NCBI GenBank assembly: GCA_964016885.1
Contig: OZ024748.1
Location: 30,194,001 to 30,258,000 of the forward strand
Direction of reading: 5' to 3'
Origin: Eledone cirrhosa
Taxonomy: Eukaryota
Length of the DNA stretch: 64,000 nucleotides
Below are positions 24,411 through 37,723 of this stretch, one piece after another. The notes below the pieces were generated by a model that worked only from the letters and a program-made list of their open reading frames with translations, searched no databases and was not told where the DNA came from. The translations under genes were made by a program, and so were the position numbers. Each line of letters starts with the position of its first letter. The stretch's first letter is position 1.

Positions 24411-24889
24411 TCTTCTTCTTAACGGGGTCGATAAAATAAAGTACCAGTAATGCACTGGGTAATTGCTGGCCTTGTGCCTAAAGTAGAAACAATTATTATT
24501 ATTATTATTATCATAGTTTCCCCTGATTTCACTTTATTTATAATTACTGCCAAGTATCAACCAGATACTTAGGGCAGGCAGTTTTTGATAGCTTTTTTTT
24601 CCTCACTTTTTTTGGTTCCGTCCTCACATTCACTTAACAAGTCACATGACAAAAGTTGCTAGGTAAATAAGTTTTTTTTTAAAAAGGGGAAAATATGAAA
24701 GGGTAAGAGGAGATAAAAAGGTAGGAGTAGGGGGAGATTAAAAAGAAGTATTAAGGAGTATAAAAGATATGAATTGATTTTGCATTCTGGATATTTGAAT
24801 GGTATTAAATATTAATTAGATTTGCTCTAAAAATTAAACAGAAAAGATTGTGTTGACATATATTACAAAGACAAAAATATTATTATTAT

Positions 24890-25112
24890 TAATGTGGTAA
24901 ATTGGCAGAATTGTTTGAGCATCAGACAAGATGCCTCACATATTTGTTTTGGCTCTTTATGTTCTGAGTTCAAATACCACCATTGTCAACTTTGCCTTTC
25001 ATCTTTCAATGGTTGATAAAATAAAGTACCAGTAACACACTAGGATCAATTTAATCAGCTTTCCCCTTTCCTTCAAATTGCTGCCCTTGTGCCAAAAGTA
25101 GAAACAATTATT
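24890..25112 (+). mobile_element. SINE family 1, diverged
   Basis: tggcagaattg...gagttcaaat...ctttgcctttcatc...gtgccaaaagtagaaacaatta; a 3'-only copy is at 24422-24495. Confidence 0.75.
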
Positions 25113-25263
25113 ACTACCTTTATTATGATATTGATGTTGCTTCACATATATTGGTAATGACCAAAAAGCATGAATCTCGAACTCCCCACTCCACCCATCA
25201 AACATATGTGGCCTTTTTGTCTAATTGTAAAATCATTAATATTCGTTTGTTAGTTTTTTTTAA

Positions 25264-25471
25264 CCCTTTAGCATTTAAACCGGCTATATCCGGCTAGAAT
25301 ATTCTCACCTCTTTCTCTTCAAATCAGCTGTAATTGGCCACTCATACTGATGTTAAGGTATTGTTCTCAAAATAAATAATACCAAAATTTCATAGATTTG
25401 ATATTATGTGAGGTAAAACCTTTACTGTGAAAATAAAATAGTAATTATAGGGTAATGTAAATGCTAAAGGG
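25264..25471 (+). mobile_element. piggyBac-type MITE with intact TIRs
   Basis: ttaa|CCCTTTAGCATTTA ... TAAATGCTAAAGGG|ttaa. Confidence 0.8.
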
Positions 25472-26962
25472 TTAAATCATCATGAAGACAAAATGAAGTG
25501 TCAAACTAAATTCTTTACACTATTTAGTTTTGTCCCTTTAACATTCTAAGTTCAAATGCTCCAAGATTGTCTTTGCTACTTTTCAAATAGCAGTAATATA
25601 TTGGAGTCCATTTGTGTGCACTACTTTTCCTCTCCTTGAAAGAGAAGATAATTTTTGTTCACAGTCAACTGATATTTTCATAATTACCTGATTCCTATGT
25701 ATTGTGATGCCTATTGTATTGTATTGTGGTACTGTGGTATCTCTTATATTATGTATTGAGGTACTATGGTATCTGCCTGCTGGTAATTGTGGTACTGTGA
25801 TACCTTGTTATACTGCAGTACTTTGCTTCTAAGTCTAAATTTTTACCTACCTATTGTGTCATGTGATACTGTGGTACCTGGTACCTGCCTGATGTATAAT
25901 GTGGTACTATGTTGTCTGTTGTGTATGGTACTTTGCTTCTAAGCCTTATTTAATCATTAGACTGTTTTTATAATTATATACAGAATGGTGTCCTAACAGT
26001 AGAAAAAAAAATTATTAATTCTAATTGAAAATTTCTTAATATTTCCAGTTGCTATTTTAAATCATTTCTGTTGTTTACATACATTTGCTTTCAGTAAAAA
26101 TTACATACAAGCCGTCCTTGCTTTAGTAAATACCCATCCTTCAGCCCGTAATTATTTTTGACTTTTTCACTGTATGTTGTTTAATATATGTGGCCTTACA
26201 TAATACAATTAATTTTCTCTCTATATGTTTATCATAATTCATTATTAATAATTAGAGATATCAACACAGCTTTCAACCTTCCAGCTTTACTTTTCTTTCT
26301 AAACTATATGGCATGAAGAAACTCTGATCATTTTTCTGGTATTAGCACTCACTGGTCTAGTGTAGATACTAAAACAGTTTGATTAACCCTTTTTGGTACC
26401 AAAACAACCCCTGGTTTTATGATACAGAGCAGTTTATTTTAAAATGCTTATATTTATCTAAAAACCTTCCATCATATTTTTATGTAAGTTATGCTCCAAA
26501 CACCATTAATTATAAGAAAATTAGACCCCTCCAAATTCTTGATTATTTTCAAAATGATTTGAAATTTATGGACCGTGTCTTTTATTAAAGATATAGTAAT
26601 AAAAGAGATAACATTATATAATACAAAAAAAAACATTTGTTGATCAGACAGATTGCGTTTAGAAATCAAATAGAAAATGTAAAATAGATAGAAATAGTGT
26701 AAGAGTGAGTTAGTGTGCAACATGTTTATATATATATCAGTATTACTAGTTCTATATACCTAAGTGCTTTTGGTTCTATTATCAACTAATTCCATACAAC
26801 AACAATGCATTTTAAGGCCATTTTCCTTGCTAAAGCACAGGTTAGCCTAAATCCATATTGGAGCTAAATCTATACAATTTCTTTTTATAATGATATAAGA
26901 ACTACGTTTTTGGTAGATTTAAAGTAAACTTAATGTAGGCATAACAAGAGTATCTGAATAAC

Positions 26963-27385
26963 TTAGAAGCTTTTGCTGTGAAAAAAATAAATGTAAACAC
27001 TTTTAACTATTCCTTAACAGAGAAAAAAAGTAAGATATTACCTTTAAGCATTTCAGAGACTTTTGTCTCCTCATCAGAAGAAAACTACACCTATGATTCT
27101 GTATACAGAGGAATCTTATAGAAATACTATATATCTCAAGCAGGATAGCTGAAATGGTCAGTCTAATTTGCATGACATGCATAGGTTTTGGCAATTGAGT
27201 AATAAATATTTATGCTAGAACATAATATATACTAAAAGATTTTAATGTAAATCTAATGCAGATATTACAGATTTTGAATTATTTAGAAGCCTTTGGTGTG
27301 AAAATATTAAAGTGTAAGCACTTTTAACTATTCCTCAATACAGAGAAAAACATAAAAGATTACCTTTATGCATTTCAGAGATTTT
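26963..27385. repeat. Diverged ~100-bp direct duplication (26963-27064 and 27283-27385)
   Basis: ttagaagc...cacttttaactattcc...acagagaaaaa...attaccttta.gcatttcagaga in both. Confidence 0.7.
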
Positions 27386-29503
27386 AAATATTAACATTTT
27401 AGTGTAATTTTCTTTTCTTTTATTTTGTCATCTAAGATTGACGAGATTTGTAACATACAGGGATCACTTGAGAGAAAAATGAAGTATTCAGTATATATTT
27501 CTATGACATATAAGGGTTAATTAAGAAAACAAATTGTTCAGTATGTATTTCTGTAAAATAAATGTGTAGTGTTTGTTAATAAGTGTGCCTCTATGACAGA
27601 GGCAATTTGATTTTCCCGACCCTATCCTGATGGTAACACTCCATTCTGTTCTCACCCCATATTTTACAGTATTATTAACCCATGACTGGATCCCTCATAT
27701 TTTCAGATATTTTGGGCTTCATCGGGCATTTCAATCTTTCACCCCAGTACTGTAAAAATAAAAATAATGGGGTCTCCTATTCCATGTGTGCAGCCCCAAG
27801 GCTTCAGCCTAGTCATCCTTATGGATAAATAAGGTCATGACTTTTTACTATATAAATTGCTGCAACTTCCACAAAACTTTCACATTATTCCTCACCAAGC
27901 ACTAACTTTAACTTATCCACATTAATTTCCATTTGCTTGCCAGTGTTGCTAGCCAAGAGCTCCATCCATCTGCCACCACCACCACCACTACTCCATCAAC
28001 TATAGACAGAATTCCCTTCCATTTCACTAAAACGAATACAAGAACCACACATACTCACACACACAGAGTTATTATGCAGAAGCACACAAGTTTTGTTCTG
28101 CCCCTATTTTTTATGTGTTGCACCATAATGTTTTTAAAGAATATATTTTCTCATAAACATAACTGCTTTTACCATTGTTTGGGGTCCAAGGCAGAGAAAT
28201 CGAGGAATTTAACTCATAATATGCAACCAATATATTATTTCAACATGATTTTTTTTCTCCTTTTTTCTTTTATCATGTTCTAATTCTTTTTCTTTTCTGG
28301 GTTCCTCCAGAAATACTGAAATTTTTTTTTTTATTTAAAAACAAAAATTCCACCATAGTGGACTGCTTTTAGAGTTGGTTCCTCTCCATAGAAATATATA
28401 TTTAGATATTGTTTATTCTCTAGTTTAAATGATTTTAGTTTGTCATGTTGGTTGTTAGATATTTGACCAACTCTCACTCTAGAGATATTATTAGATATGA
28501 ACCTCTATTCTATATTATAATCTAGCACTATAGACACCTAATGCCCATGGTCTTCCTTCATAGGTCTAACCATTTCATTTCACCTGTATTAGAAATATTT
28601 TTTTATATATAGGCACCATCATTTACCTCTGTAAGATAAAAAGTATTCCATCTTGATATAATAACAGAATTATTTTAAGGTGTTACCTTGTTAAAGCAGG
28701 GCTTAGCTTTGCAAGCCCTATCATAAACTTCATACTCATTATGAGATTCTTTCAGAGGCAGTCTTTTTTTTTATAGTCCTTTATGAGGCAATATTTTACA
28801 TCCCGATATCCTTCCTGGCAACAATGTTAATATTTGCCTCCTATGTTACACAGAGGTCTGGTGTATCTATTTAAACTGGACTTACACACAGAGTACACCC
28901 TCTCCACTACAATCCTGAAGTTTCCTGCCTATATAATGAATTATGATGCTAGAGTAAAACCATGAAGGTTTCAACATCCTCTCTAATGCCTCTCCTAGAA
29001 TTATAAAGTTATTATACTGACAGTATAAGTTAACAAATCAAATTCATAGAATGAATAAAAGAATTTCAGTTTTGATTCTCAATTAAAACGACTTGCTCTG
29101 CTATTTAATAAGGCCTTTTGGAAAAGCAAGAATGCCACAACCTCTCATTTATCTTCACCCATAGCTCACGGCTTTATGCCTAATTAAACAAACAACATAA
29201 CTTTTTTCCTTGTACACAACACTCAGTGTTTCTATTTAAAATCTATTATTAAACAAACACTAACATGCATGTAGTCAATGCACAATTTTGTATGCTTACA
29301 CATATACATGGTTATTGTACATATCACTGTATGTGTGGGTGCATTAAACATGTTTATTGTTCATGTTACTGTGTGGGTGCATTAATATGGATGTAGGCAT
29401 TTGTTCTATCCAGAATTCTATTTATAAAAGAAGTTTTGTAAATATATGTCGTTGTGAGCTGTTTTTTTTACTGTTAAATTATATATAATGTATATGCATA
29501 TAA

Positions 29504-29506
<3 letters not shown>

Positions 29507-29586
<80 letters not shown>
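29507..29586. repeat. (TA)n microsatellite
   Basis: Pure TA run. Confidence 0.95.
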
Positions 29587-29588
<2 letters not shown>

Positions 29589-29808
29589 AATATTAGTACA
29601 GCATCAACGAAGCTTTTGGCAGCAGCCAAGTTAACGAGTGCAGATTCGGTGTGCAGCTAAGCACTCAATGGTGAATATTACCCCAGAGTTATAACATTAC
29701 GTTTAGAAAGCTTTGCAAATCAAATACAACGACCGATAGTTGGGCCGCATTGGCATAGCGATGAAAAAAACTGAACTCAGGAAAAATTTGTGTGTGTGTG
29801 TGTGTGGA

Positions 29809-30343
29809 CATGAGATGGTATCAAAAAGTTCAGAAACTAGATATGTTTTAAAAAAGACTAATATATTTACCTAAGTTTTAACATCATCTTCGTCAAAATA
29901 GTCACCTTGCACAGCAATACACTGGTCCCAGCATTCCTGCCACGTTTGGAATCCAGCCTGGAAGTTGTTTATTATAAACAAATTGAGGATGTTCTGCGAT
30001 ATGCTCTGGATGTAGACAACACTGTTAAAACAGCAAGTGACATTTTCTGCTTGGAAAAGAGATGGAAGTCCACAGATGCTAATTCTGGCAAAATAGGGTG
30101 GGTGCAGAAGCTATAAAATGTTGTTTTTGGTGAGAAACTCATGAATGAGGAGAACTTGGTGACAGGGTGCATTGTCCTTATGAAACTCATGAGTGAGGAG
30201 GGCTCAGTGACAGGATGTCCCGTTGAAGAATCTAATTCTTTATGCTCTACAGATTCAGTAACTTTTGCCAAACATTTTCCCTGTGATACTATATGCTCAT
30301 GCGCTGTAGAACTAGTCCGGAAACATTTTGATACCACCTCGTA
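29809..30343 (-). mobile_element. Internally deleted mariner/Tc1 transposon
   Basis: TIRs catgagatggtatcaaaaagttcagaaactag / ctagtccggaaacattttgataccacctcgta. HPILPELASVDFHLFSKQK resembles the mariner YSPDLAP.DF.LF motif, and the C-terminal WQECWDQCIAVQGDYFD is present. Confidence 0.8.
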
Positions 30344-30356
30344 TACACAGACACAG

Positions 30357-30413
<57 letters not shown>

Positions 30414-30789
30414 CACATATATACACACGCACACGAAAACATGGCGTGCTGCATGGTTGCAAATGGGTTACATATGAATAAATTTAGTCCTTCATCAGTG
30501 ATCTTCCAGCCTTCATTGGTATTTCATTGCTTTAAAGACCATATACCTCTGGTTAGTGCAAGCAACGGCTAAAGAAAGTCGTTGGGACACGTAAATAGGG
30601 GGAACGAGCGAGACAGTAAACAAACAAAGATGGTAATGCAACGAAAAGTGAGGAAGAAGCTGCCTTACACAGCTGCTACAACATGACTAGGTACTGAAAC
30701 AACTGCTAGACAGCGCACATGTGGACGTGATATATCTTGGGTTTGCGAAGGCCTTTGATAAGGTAGACCAAATACAGGAAGTTGTCAAC

Positions 30790-31880
30790 CAATTCTAGAA
30801 GCTTCTTGCCTACATTAGTAATCTTCTCTGGCTTCTTAATATTCTCTACCAGATACTTCGTCTTAATCTCAGCCCCACAGTCTCCACCTCCTGCATCAAA
30901 TCCTCTGCCTCCTTCACTGTGTTTGTCACCAGAACTATGTTGTCGGCAAATTCACCATCCGATATCTTTTTCGCCTTAACTCTCCTGCTCTGAGCCGGTG
31001 TTACAGTAAAGCCAGAGTCCTGGTGTTTCTCCAGCGCAAGGTGCATACAATAGTCCACTGCGATGATAAAAGGGTAGGGAGTCAATATATCTCCCTGGAG
31101 CACCCCAGCCAGTATCTCAAAGAACTCTGTCATCCCATCAGGTGTAATGACTTGGGCTTTGGTGTTGGTGTAGAGCAGTGATATCAGGTCCACTATCTTC
31201 TTGGGGATTCCATAAGCCTGTAAGATCTTCATCAGGCAGTGACGGTCCACAGAATCAAACGCCTTCCTAAAGTCAATGAAAACCATGACTGCAGGAAGGC
31301 TCTTTGCTCTAGCTCCCTCTAATAGCCTCCTCAGCATCAGGATGTGAGTGGTGGTTGATCTATCCCCTCTGAAGCTGTTCTCGTTGTCCCTGAGCTTCTT
31401 CTCCATCTCGGGCTGGATCCTGTTGAGAGTCTTTGCCACAAGTGACGTCGGTGAGATCACCCTGTAGTTGTTGGTGTTAGAGAGATCTTCCTTCCCTTCT
31501 TTGGCACTGGGACGATGTTACTGATCCTCCACTGATTTGGAGTAACTCTTTTCTCCAGTGCCTGGTTACAGAACTCCAGGATGATATCATCAAAATCACC
31601 TCTTCATCACCTCTGAAGCCACTCCATCTTCTCCATGAGCCTTGCCCTCCTTGATCTTCTTGGCTCTCTGAAGCTCCTCTCTGGTGAAGGGTCCTGTCTC
31701 AATATCCAGTTTCTCAAACAGCCGCCTGATCTCCCCAGTGTTCTGGGCTGTGGAGGGTGGCTCTCCTAGTAGGGTACTAAAATCGTCTGGTTTCTTCCTA
31801 TCCTCTGGTCCTGTTCCCTGAATCTGACTCGAACACCTTCTCTTCCTCCATGTGATCTCGTTGATCATCCAGCTCTCCTT
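30790..31880 (-). mobile_element. RTE-type LINE RT fragment (distinct family)
   Basis: ORF 30846-31460: FIDFRKAFDSV, GVLQGD.LTPY.FII, FADN; ORF 31596-31868 pre-RT KAHGEDG. Confidence 0.85.
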
Positions 31881-32339
31881 ACATACTAGGAAAATTCAAA
31901 TCACATCAGTAAAAAAGAAAGAAATAGATAAAAAGAAAAAGAGAGAGAAAAGATAAAGAAAAAATAATAAATAAATAATAATAAATAAGTTAGAATGAAG
32001 ATGATAAAAAATAAGTAAAAAAAAAATGTATGTGTGTGAAGAAAAGTGAACATAATATGATTGTTGAAAATAGTTATGGTGGTGGTGGTTAAAATATAAA
32101 GATGTGATGGTATAAACATGAATATACTAAATATATGTATATATATGTATTGGTTAAATTATATTATGAAGAAATAGTACAGTGCTAAATAAAGGATAAA
32201 TGAATAAATTGGAAGTTATGTTAGAAGTGAAGAAACATGATAGGATATAATGGAAGGGGTGAAATAGTTTTAGGGAGGGAGAGTGAAAGAAAGAAAGGTT
32301 AGGTGGTTATGATGTTGATTCAGTGATTAGTTTTTTTCC

Positions 32340-33202
32340 TTCAATCTGGATGCCAAGAGTTCGGCAAAGGACTTTGACAAGCTGAGACCGCGAACTAGAT
32401 CATTTAGCTCCTTTTGGGAAAATGAATGTGGAGCATCATCATCAAGAACCACTTCTTTTTCTTCATTTTCTTCAACACTGGAGGAATCTTTGTCACTAAT
32501 GTCAGGAGGTTCTCCAAAGACTGGTCCTGGAATTTCATCACAATGAGCTATAGGGCGACGTTCTGATTCAAGATCAGGCTACTTGAGGCTGCTCCGGTTC
32601 TTTCTGTTGATCAATAGTCAAATCAATAGCACTGAAGTAGCAGTTAGTGCCATGGTTTGTCGGCTCCCTCCAAACAATGGGAATTCTAAACTTCAACAAC
32701 TCTTCTTGCCCTTGGTCCAACAACACAGATACTCTGTGCATGTTTTGCACACCATGTGTGGTGCCCAAGCTTTATCCTGGTCACCAAGTTTCATACCAAA
32801 ATAAGCATTGTAAGCACGTTTTATGAAACTTGCGACTGGGTTCCTGTTAGGAACAATGGTGTATTCGCCGCAGATGTAGCAGAATACATCAGGCTTATTT
32901 TTGCAAGATCTTCTGGCCGAATCCATTTCATTCACCTGCAAAAGAAAATTACCAGTTAGTCAAAAATTAGCGCATATAAAATCTTCAGAATTCGTTTATT
33001 TAAAGAAATAAGAAAGAAGTTTGCATCATATAAATAAAAAAAATACCCGTACATGTAAACAAAAACGTAAAAAAAACATTGTGGCGATACATCAAAAAGT
33101 TGACCTGATTGAGCAAAACCAATGTGATTTTTTGGATTCAGCATATCGAAATTGTCCTAAATTAGCTAAAAAAAACTTAGACAATAAATTTGGTGACTAC
33201 TG
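32340..33202 (-). mobile_element. Chapaev-3-like (CMC) DNA transposon 5' fragment
   Basis: CKNKPDVFCYICGEY...AYFGMKLGDQDKAWAPHMVCKTC...W.KGK and IVWREPTNH..NCYF are typical of the N-terminus of this transposase. Confidence 0.7.
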
Positions 33203-33289
33203 ATATGAATTTCTTCATGTCTAATCAAACCAACTTTACTCAAGCAGACTCGACCACAGTACTGGCAAACCAGATGTTACTCAACATCT

Positions 33290-35128
33290 AGCAGTTCAGA
33301 ACAGTCCCTTTTCCTCACCTTCCTTTTCAGTGTTAGGTGTTCTCTTTGATGAGTTTCAAAGTGTTCACTTCCTGACTTGATCAAATGTCTCTACTACACA
33401 CGCTCCTCAGCCATTTTCTCCCATTCGTCAGATGAAATTCCAGCGCAAGCCAAGGTACCCCTGACACAGTCCCAGTACCACATTTTGGGTTTGTGTGGTG
33501 GTATCCTTCCTTCGCACAGTTCATCAGTTCATCGTAGAGAAGTTGCTTTGGAATACGATCATCAGACATCTGGACCACGTGATTGCACCACCTCAACCGA
33601 TGCCAAAAGATCATGCTCTCTATACTCATGCACCTGCTCCGTTCGAGAACTTCCAAATCACTGTCAAACATTTTCCATCGCACCCCAAGTATCTTGCAAA
33701 GAGATTGTTGGTGAAACCTCTCCAGTTCGTTGAGGTGCTTTCTGTATGTAATTCACGTTTCACAAGCATAAAGCAAAGAGGAGACGACACATGTCAGATA
33801 CACTTTTACCTTGGTTTCAATGGTGAAACCTCGTCTGGACCATAAACACTCATTCAGCCGTCCAAAAGCATCACTGGCTTTCTTGATTCTTAAGGATATC
33901 TCACCATCAAGTGTGCATGAATTGTTCAACATACTACCAAGTTAAACAAACTTGCCAGCAACTTTTAGCCTCTTTCCGGACATGTACACACTTAGTATAG
34001 TGTATTCTTTCCCAGGTGCTAGCTGGTACATCACAACAGTTTTTTCCAAGCTTATTGTGAGGTCCAAAGTGCTGCAATCTTCAGAAAGAGTTCATAATAT
34101 GCTGCATGTCACTTTGTGAGTGTGCAAAAAGATCGCAGTCATCTGCATTAAAAAACTCTCAGATTATAGATGTTAATACCTTTGTGCTAGCACAAAAATG
34201 TCTGATGTTGAACAACCTTCCCGAAGTGTGATACCTGATGTAAATTCCATGCGAACAATTTTTTTTGAATGCCATAAGAAACACTATTGTAAAATATAAG
34301 GAAAACAGTTGGAGCCGGAATGTCCCCCTGCTTCACTCCATCTTCAGCTGATACTGGTTCAGAGATGCTACCACCAATACTGACCCAAGCCTTCATGTCA
34401 TGAAAAAGACGCAAAATTTTCACAAACTTTGGAGGGTGGTCAAGCTTTTCCAAAATTTTCCACAATGCAGTTCAATTGACGGTGTCAAAGGCCTTTGTCA
34501 AGTCAACAAAGACCTGGTAAAGGTCCATACATTGTTTGATACACTTTTCTTGCAGCTGTCAAGCAGAAAAGATCATATCCACTGTTCCTCTTTCGTTGCT
34601 GAACCGACACTGCAACTCAGGTAACACGTTGAAAGCAACTTTTGAGATCACTCTATCCATCAAAATTCGACACATGACTTTACCAACTACTGAAAGAAGT
34701 GATATGCCACGATAATTTCCACAGGCATTGCCTGATCGATTCGAACAGATAATTTGTTGCATTGAGGCTGGCCATAGCCAAAAAAGGCAAAAATATTCAA
34801 TGATGAACCATGATAATGTACGAATTAATGACAATGGGAACACTGGAACTGATGGTGAAAGGGTCTGGCCTGGCAGGTGTCCCATGGCATCGCAGCATGG
34901 GTCCAGTTGTCATCCTGTCACTGTGAAGAAGAAGTTAAAACCTATGAATATTGGTTGCTGGAACATCCAGACTTTATCAGATTTGGTGTCTTCAGAATCA
35001 CGACCAGAAAGAATATCAGCTCTTGTTGCCAAAGAGCTGTGACGATACAATTTGGACATTGTTGTCATATCTGAAACAAGGTTACTCGAAGGTCATATCA
35101 CTGAGATGTTCAGTGGCTACACGTTATA
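33290..35128 (-). mobile_element. BovB-like RTE LINE, degenerate, with inverted 5' segment (34730-35128 on +)
   Basis: - strand: CGNYRGISLLSVVGKV, RGTVDMIFSA, GVKQGD, RLRWCNHVVQMSDDRIPKQLLY. + strand: IGCWNIQTL...RPERISALVAKEL...DIVVISETR (APE N-terminus). Confidence 0.85.
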
Positions 35129-35179
35129 TATATATACACACACAGTAATCCCCCACTACATTGCGGATTTTTCTTTGGA

Positions 35180-36350
35180 ACATATCTATCTGTACGCATT
35201 CGCCACCTCCGCCCGACCGTTCAGTGATAGCTTCCTTGCAGCACATTTCTGGGTGAGACTGGCTACCCTGCTCGTTGCCTCATCCTAGTTCTTTTCCACC
35301 TGGAGGTCTGGTCCGAACCAAACTCTGAGCAACTTTACCGGTCCGTCAATCCAGCGTCCCACGGCGCTGGATTGACGGCATGGACTAGCCTCTCCAGGTG
35401 CCGAGTTGCAAGCCGAGTTAAGTTTCGCTCCCATCAACCTTTCATATCCCTTCAATAAGGTGCCGACCAACTCGATTTCCGAGGTGTCCGACATCATCAC
35501 TGTGATATCGTCCGCATAAGCCGACACAGTCTTTCCACGTCCTGGTTTTAGCGGGATGCCCTGCAACAGCTCCAGCTTCCGCAGTAAAGGCTCAAGAGTC
35601 AATACATTCAGAAGGGAAGAGAGAGAGGGCACCCTTGATAGATAGATCGGGAGACCCGAAATGGTTCCAAGAGGTAGCCATTAACCTTGATCACCGAGCA
35701 GATGCCGCTGTGCATTGCAGCCATCCAGATTCTGAAGATAGGGCCGAAGCCAGCTGCTTTGAGGACAGCCTCCAGGTACCGATGGTTGACCATATCGAAT
35801 GCTTTCAATTGATCTAAATTGATCAGTGCCCCACCGAAGCCAGGTTTACAGGATGTTGTCATGTATGGACCTGGTTGGGATTGCGCAAGTTTGCGCCTCC
35901 CCAATCAAATCCTCGACGACAAGCGCCAACCTCTTTGCTAACACCTTGGCCAAAATCTTAAACTCTGTGTTGAACAGAGTTATGGGCCTGAAGTTGTCTA
36001 ATATGTCCCTCTTGTTCTTGTCTTTTCTTATCAGCGTCACTACGCCCTGGCTCACAGTACTGGGAATACTCCCGTTCTGCTGCCAGTTGCAGTAGAACGC
36101 TTGAAGGAGATCAGTGAACAAGTCTGGCATATTTACATAAAGCTCGTAGGGTAGACCATCTAAACTGGGTGACTTGCGCCTCGTGCAGCGGACAAGGGCA
36201 TCCTGAATTTCAGCTGAAGTAATTGGCATTTTGCAGCGCTCAATATTGGCCATCGTGAGGCGTGGCAAGCCATCAAGGTAGGGACTGAAGTCTGCTACTG
36301 TCTCTGACCCGCCACTCTCCTTGAACAACCGAGCAAAGTGCTGGCGGTAC
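35180..36350 (-). mobile_element. L1/Tx1-clade LINE RT fragment
   Basis: KSPSLDGLPYELY, NFRPITLFNTEFKILAKVLAKRL, LDQLKAFD, QGCPLS, EPLLRKL, AYADDITV. Confidence 0.85.
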
Positions 36351-37261
36351 TGTCAGACAGTTGGACTGGCTGATCAGATATTTCAGGTCGGATGGTTCAA
36401 CCTCCATGATTGATGGGGTGTCTTTTGGGAACCCCTTTAAAAGTCTTGATGTGGATTTTAAGTTTGGGGTTCCCACGTCCTGAGGAAAGCTCTCTCTAAT
36501 TCCTTTGTAGGAATCGAGCGATATTCACACCAGGAAAAAATCTGGGACACAAAATGTGCTCAGTTAAAAAGATCTACCACTCTGTTTGAATTTCTTTGCT
36601 TCGTGCTAAGAGAGGCAGTGGTGCCTGTATTTTTTGTGCTTTGTGGGGGCTTTTTCTTTGTGTGTTTTCTTTTTTGCTTTTTGGCCCATTTGGGTTTTCC
36701 CTCATCTTCACTACTGGAAGACAATGGGTCTGTGGCTGTGTGTCTGTGTCAGTGTGTGCATTCATGTTTTTGTCCATGTGTATATTTTGATGGGAGAGTT
36801 TTTGTTGCTGCTGCTACCGTTATTAATGTTTATATTGAGGTTGTTGATGTTTTTCTTTTTTGTTGTTGTTGTGGTGGTGGTAGCGGCAGTTGTGGTGACG
36901 CCGGTTGGGTGTGGTAAAGTGGAACGTTTACTGTTTATAGTTCCCTTCCCTTATACCATTCTCTCACATTCAGCAGCATTGACCACAATCATATCACCCA
37001 TGTCTGTGGAAGTAGTAGTAGTAGTGACAGTTTTTGACCCTTTGAGCTGCAAGTTGTTTATAGATCCAAGGTCAAATTCTGCCATTTTTTTTTGGGGGGG
37101 GGGGGGGGGGGGGTCAAAGTTTTAAAAAATAAATCCGAATATTTGGGCTTTAAGCCCGAATATTTGAAAGGTTTCCCCTCCTCGGAGCCAAGGTAGGTTA
37201 CCTTATGCCTCGTTATCAACAAGAAAAACTTGTAAACCTCTTCACACGTGTGTGTGACCAA

Positions 37262-37447
37262 TAATAATTGTTTCTACTTTTGCCACAAGGCCAGCAATTA
37301 TCTTAGTGTATTACTGGTACTTTATTTTATCGACCCTGTAAGGATGAAAGGCAAAGTTAACCTCGGCGGGATTTGAACTCAGATCATAAAGCGCCGTAAC
37401 TCTATGCTAAAAAGCATGGTGTCCCACTCTCTACCAATACTGCCAAG
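37262..37447 (-). mobile_element. SINE family 1
   Basis: Reverse complement of the 1622-1810 consensus. Confidence 0.85.
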
Positions 37448-37559
37448 ACCAATAATAATAAGTTAACGGGACTAGCATAAGGCTTCCCTACTAGTACCTA
37501 TATATACACACACACGTAGGAATCAAAGTCAAAGCAAGAAAACATTAAAAGGAGGGGAA

Positions 37560-37696
37560 AAAAGACTTCTAAAGCACAAGAGAAGATAATCATGATATGT
37601 CAGGTTCTAACCGGAAGTAGATTATTTTGGTTGACACCGGCCACCATTTTTTTCGTTCCTTTATTTTGACAACAGTTTGCATTAAAACTATTCTGA
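37560..37696 (+). promoter_or_regulatory. Candidate promoter/5' UTR of gene 2 with ETS-type site
   Basis: aaCCGGAAGTag at 37609-37620, about 80 nt upstream of the ATG at 37697. Confidence 0.45.
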
Positions 37697-37723
37697 ATGA
37701 ACATCTGTCTGTTATTGTGTCAA
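37697..37723 (+). CDS. Gene 2 exon 1 coding part (MNICLLLCQ)
   Basis: ATG...CAA|gtaagt; completes a signal peptide with exon 2. Confidence 0.7.

Noticed and set aside
22200-24510. SINE 3' end on both sides of the Dong/R4 relic as a possible long TSD
   Set aside because: The two copies differ at several sites and this SINE is abundant, so independent insertions are the simpler explanation.
30700-30775. HVDVIYLGFAKAFDKVD peptide
   Set aside because: About 60-nt relic of a CR1/Jockey-type RT; too short to annotate further.
36596-37125. Hydrophobic ORFs up to 163 aa
   Set aside because: T/G-rich low-complexity sequence with no splice or homology support.
37130-37205. Small hairpin (aatatttgggctttaagcccgaatatt) and donor-like sites upstream of gene 2, suggesting a divergent gene
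   Set aside because: No downstream exons could be assembled on either strand.
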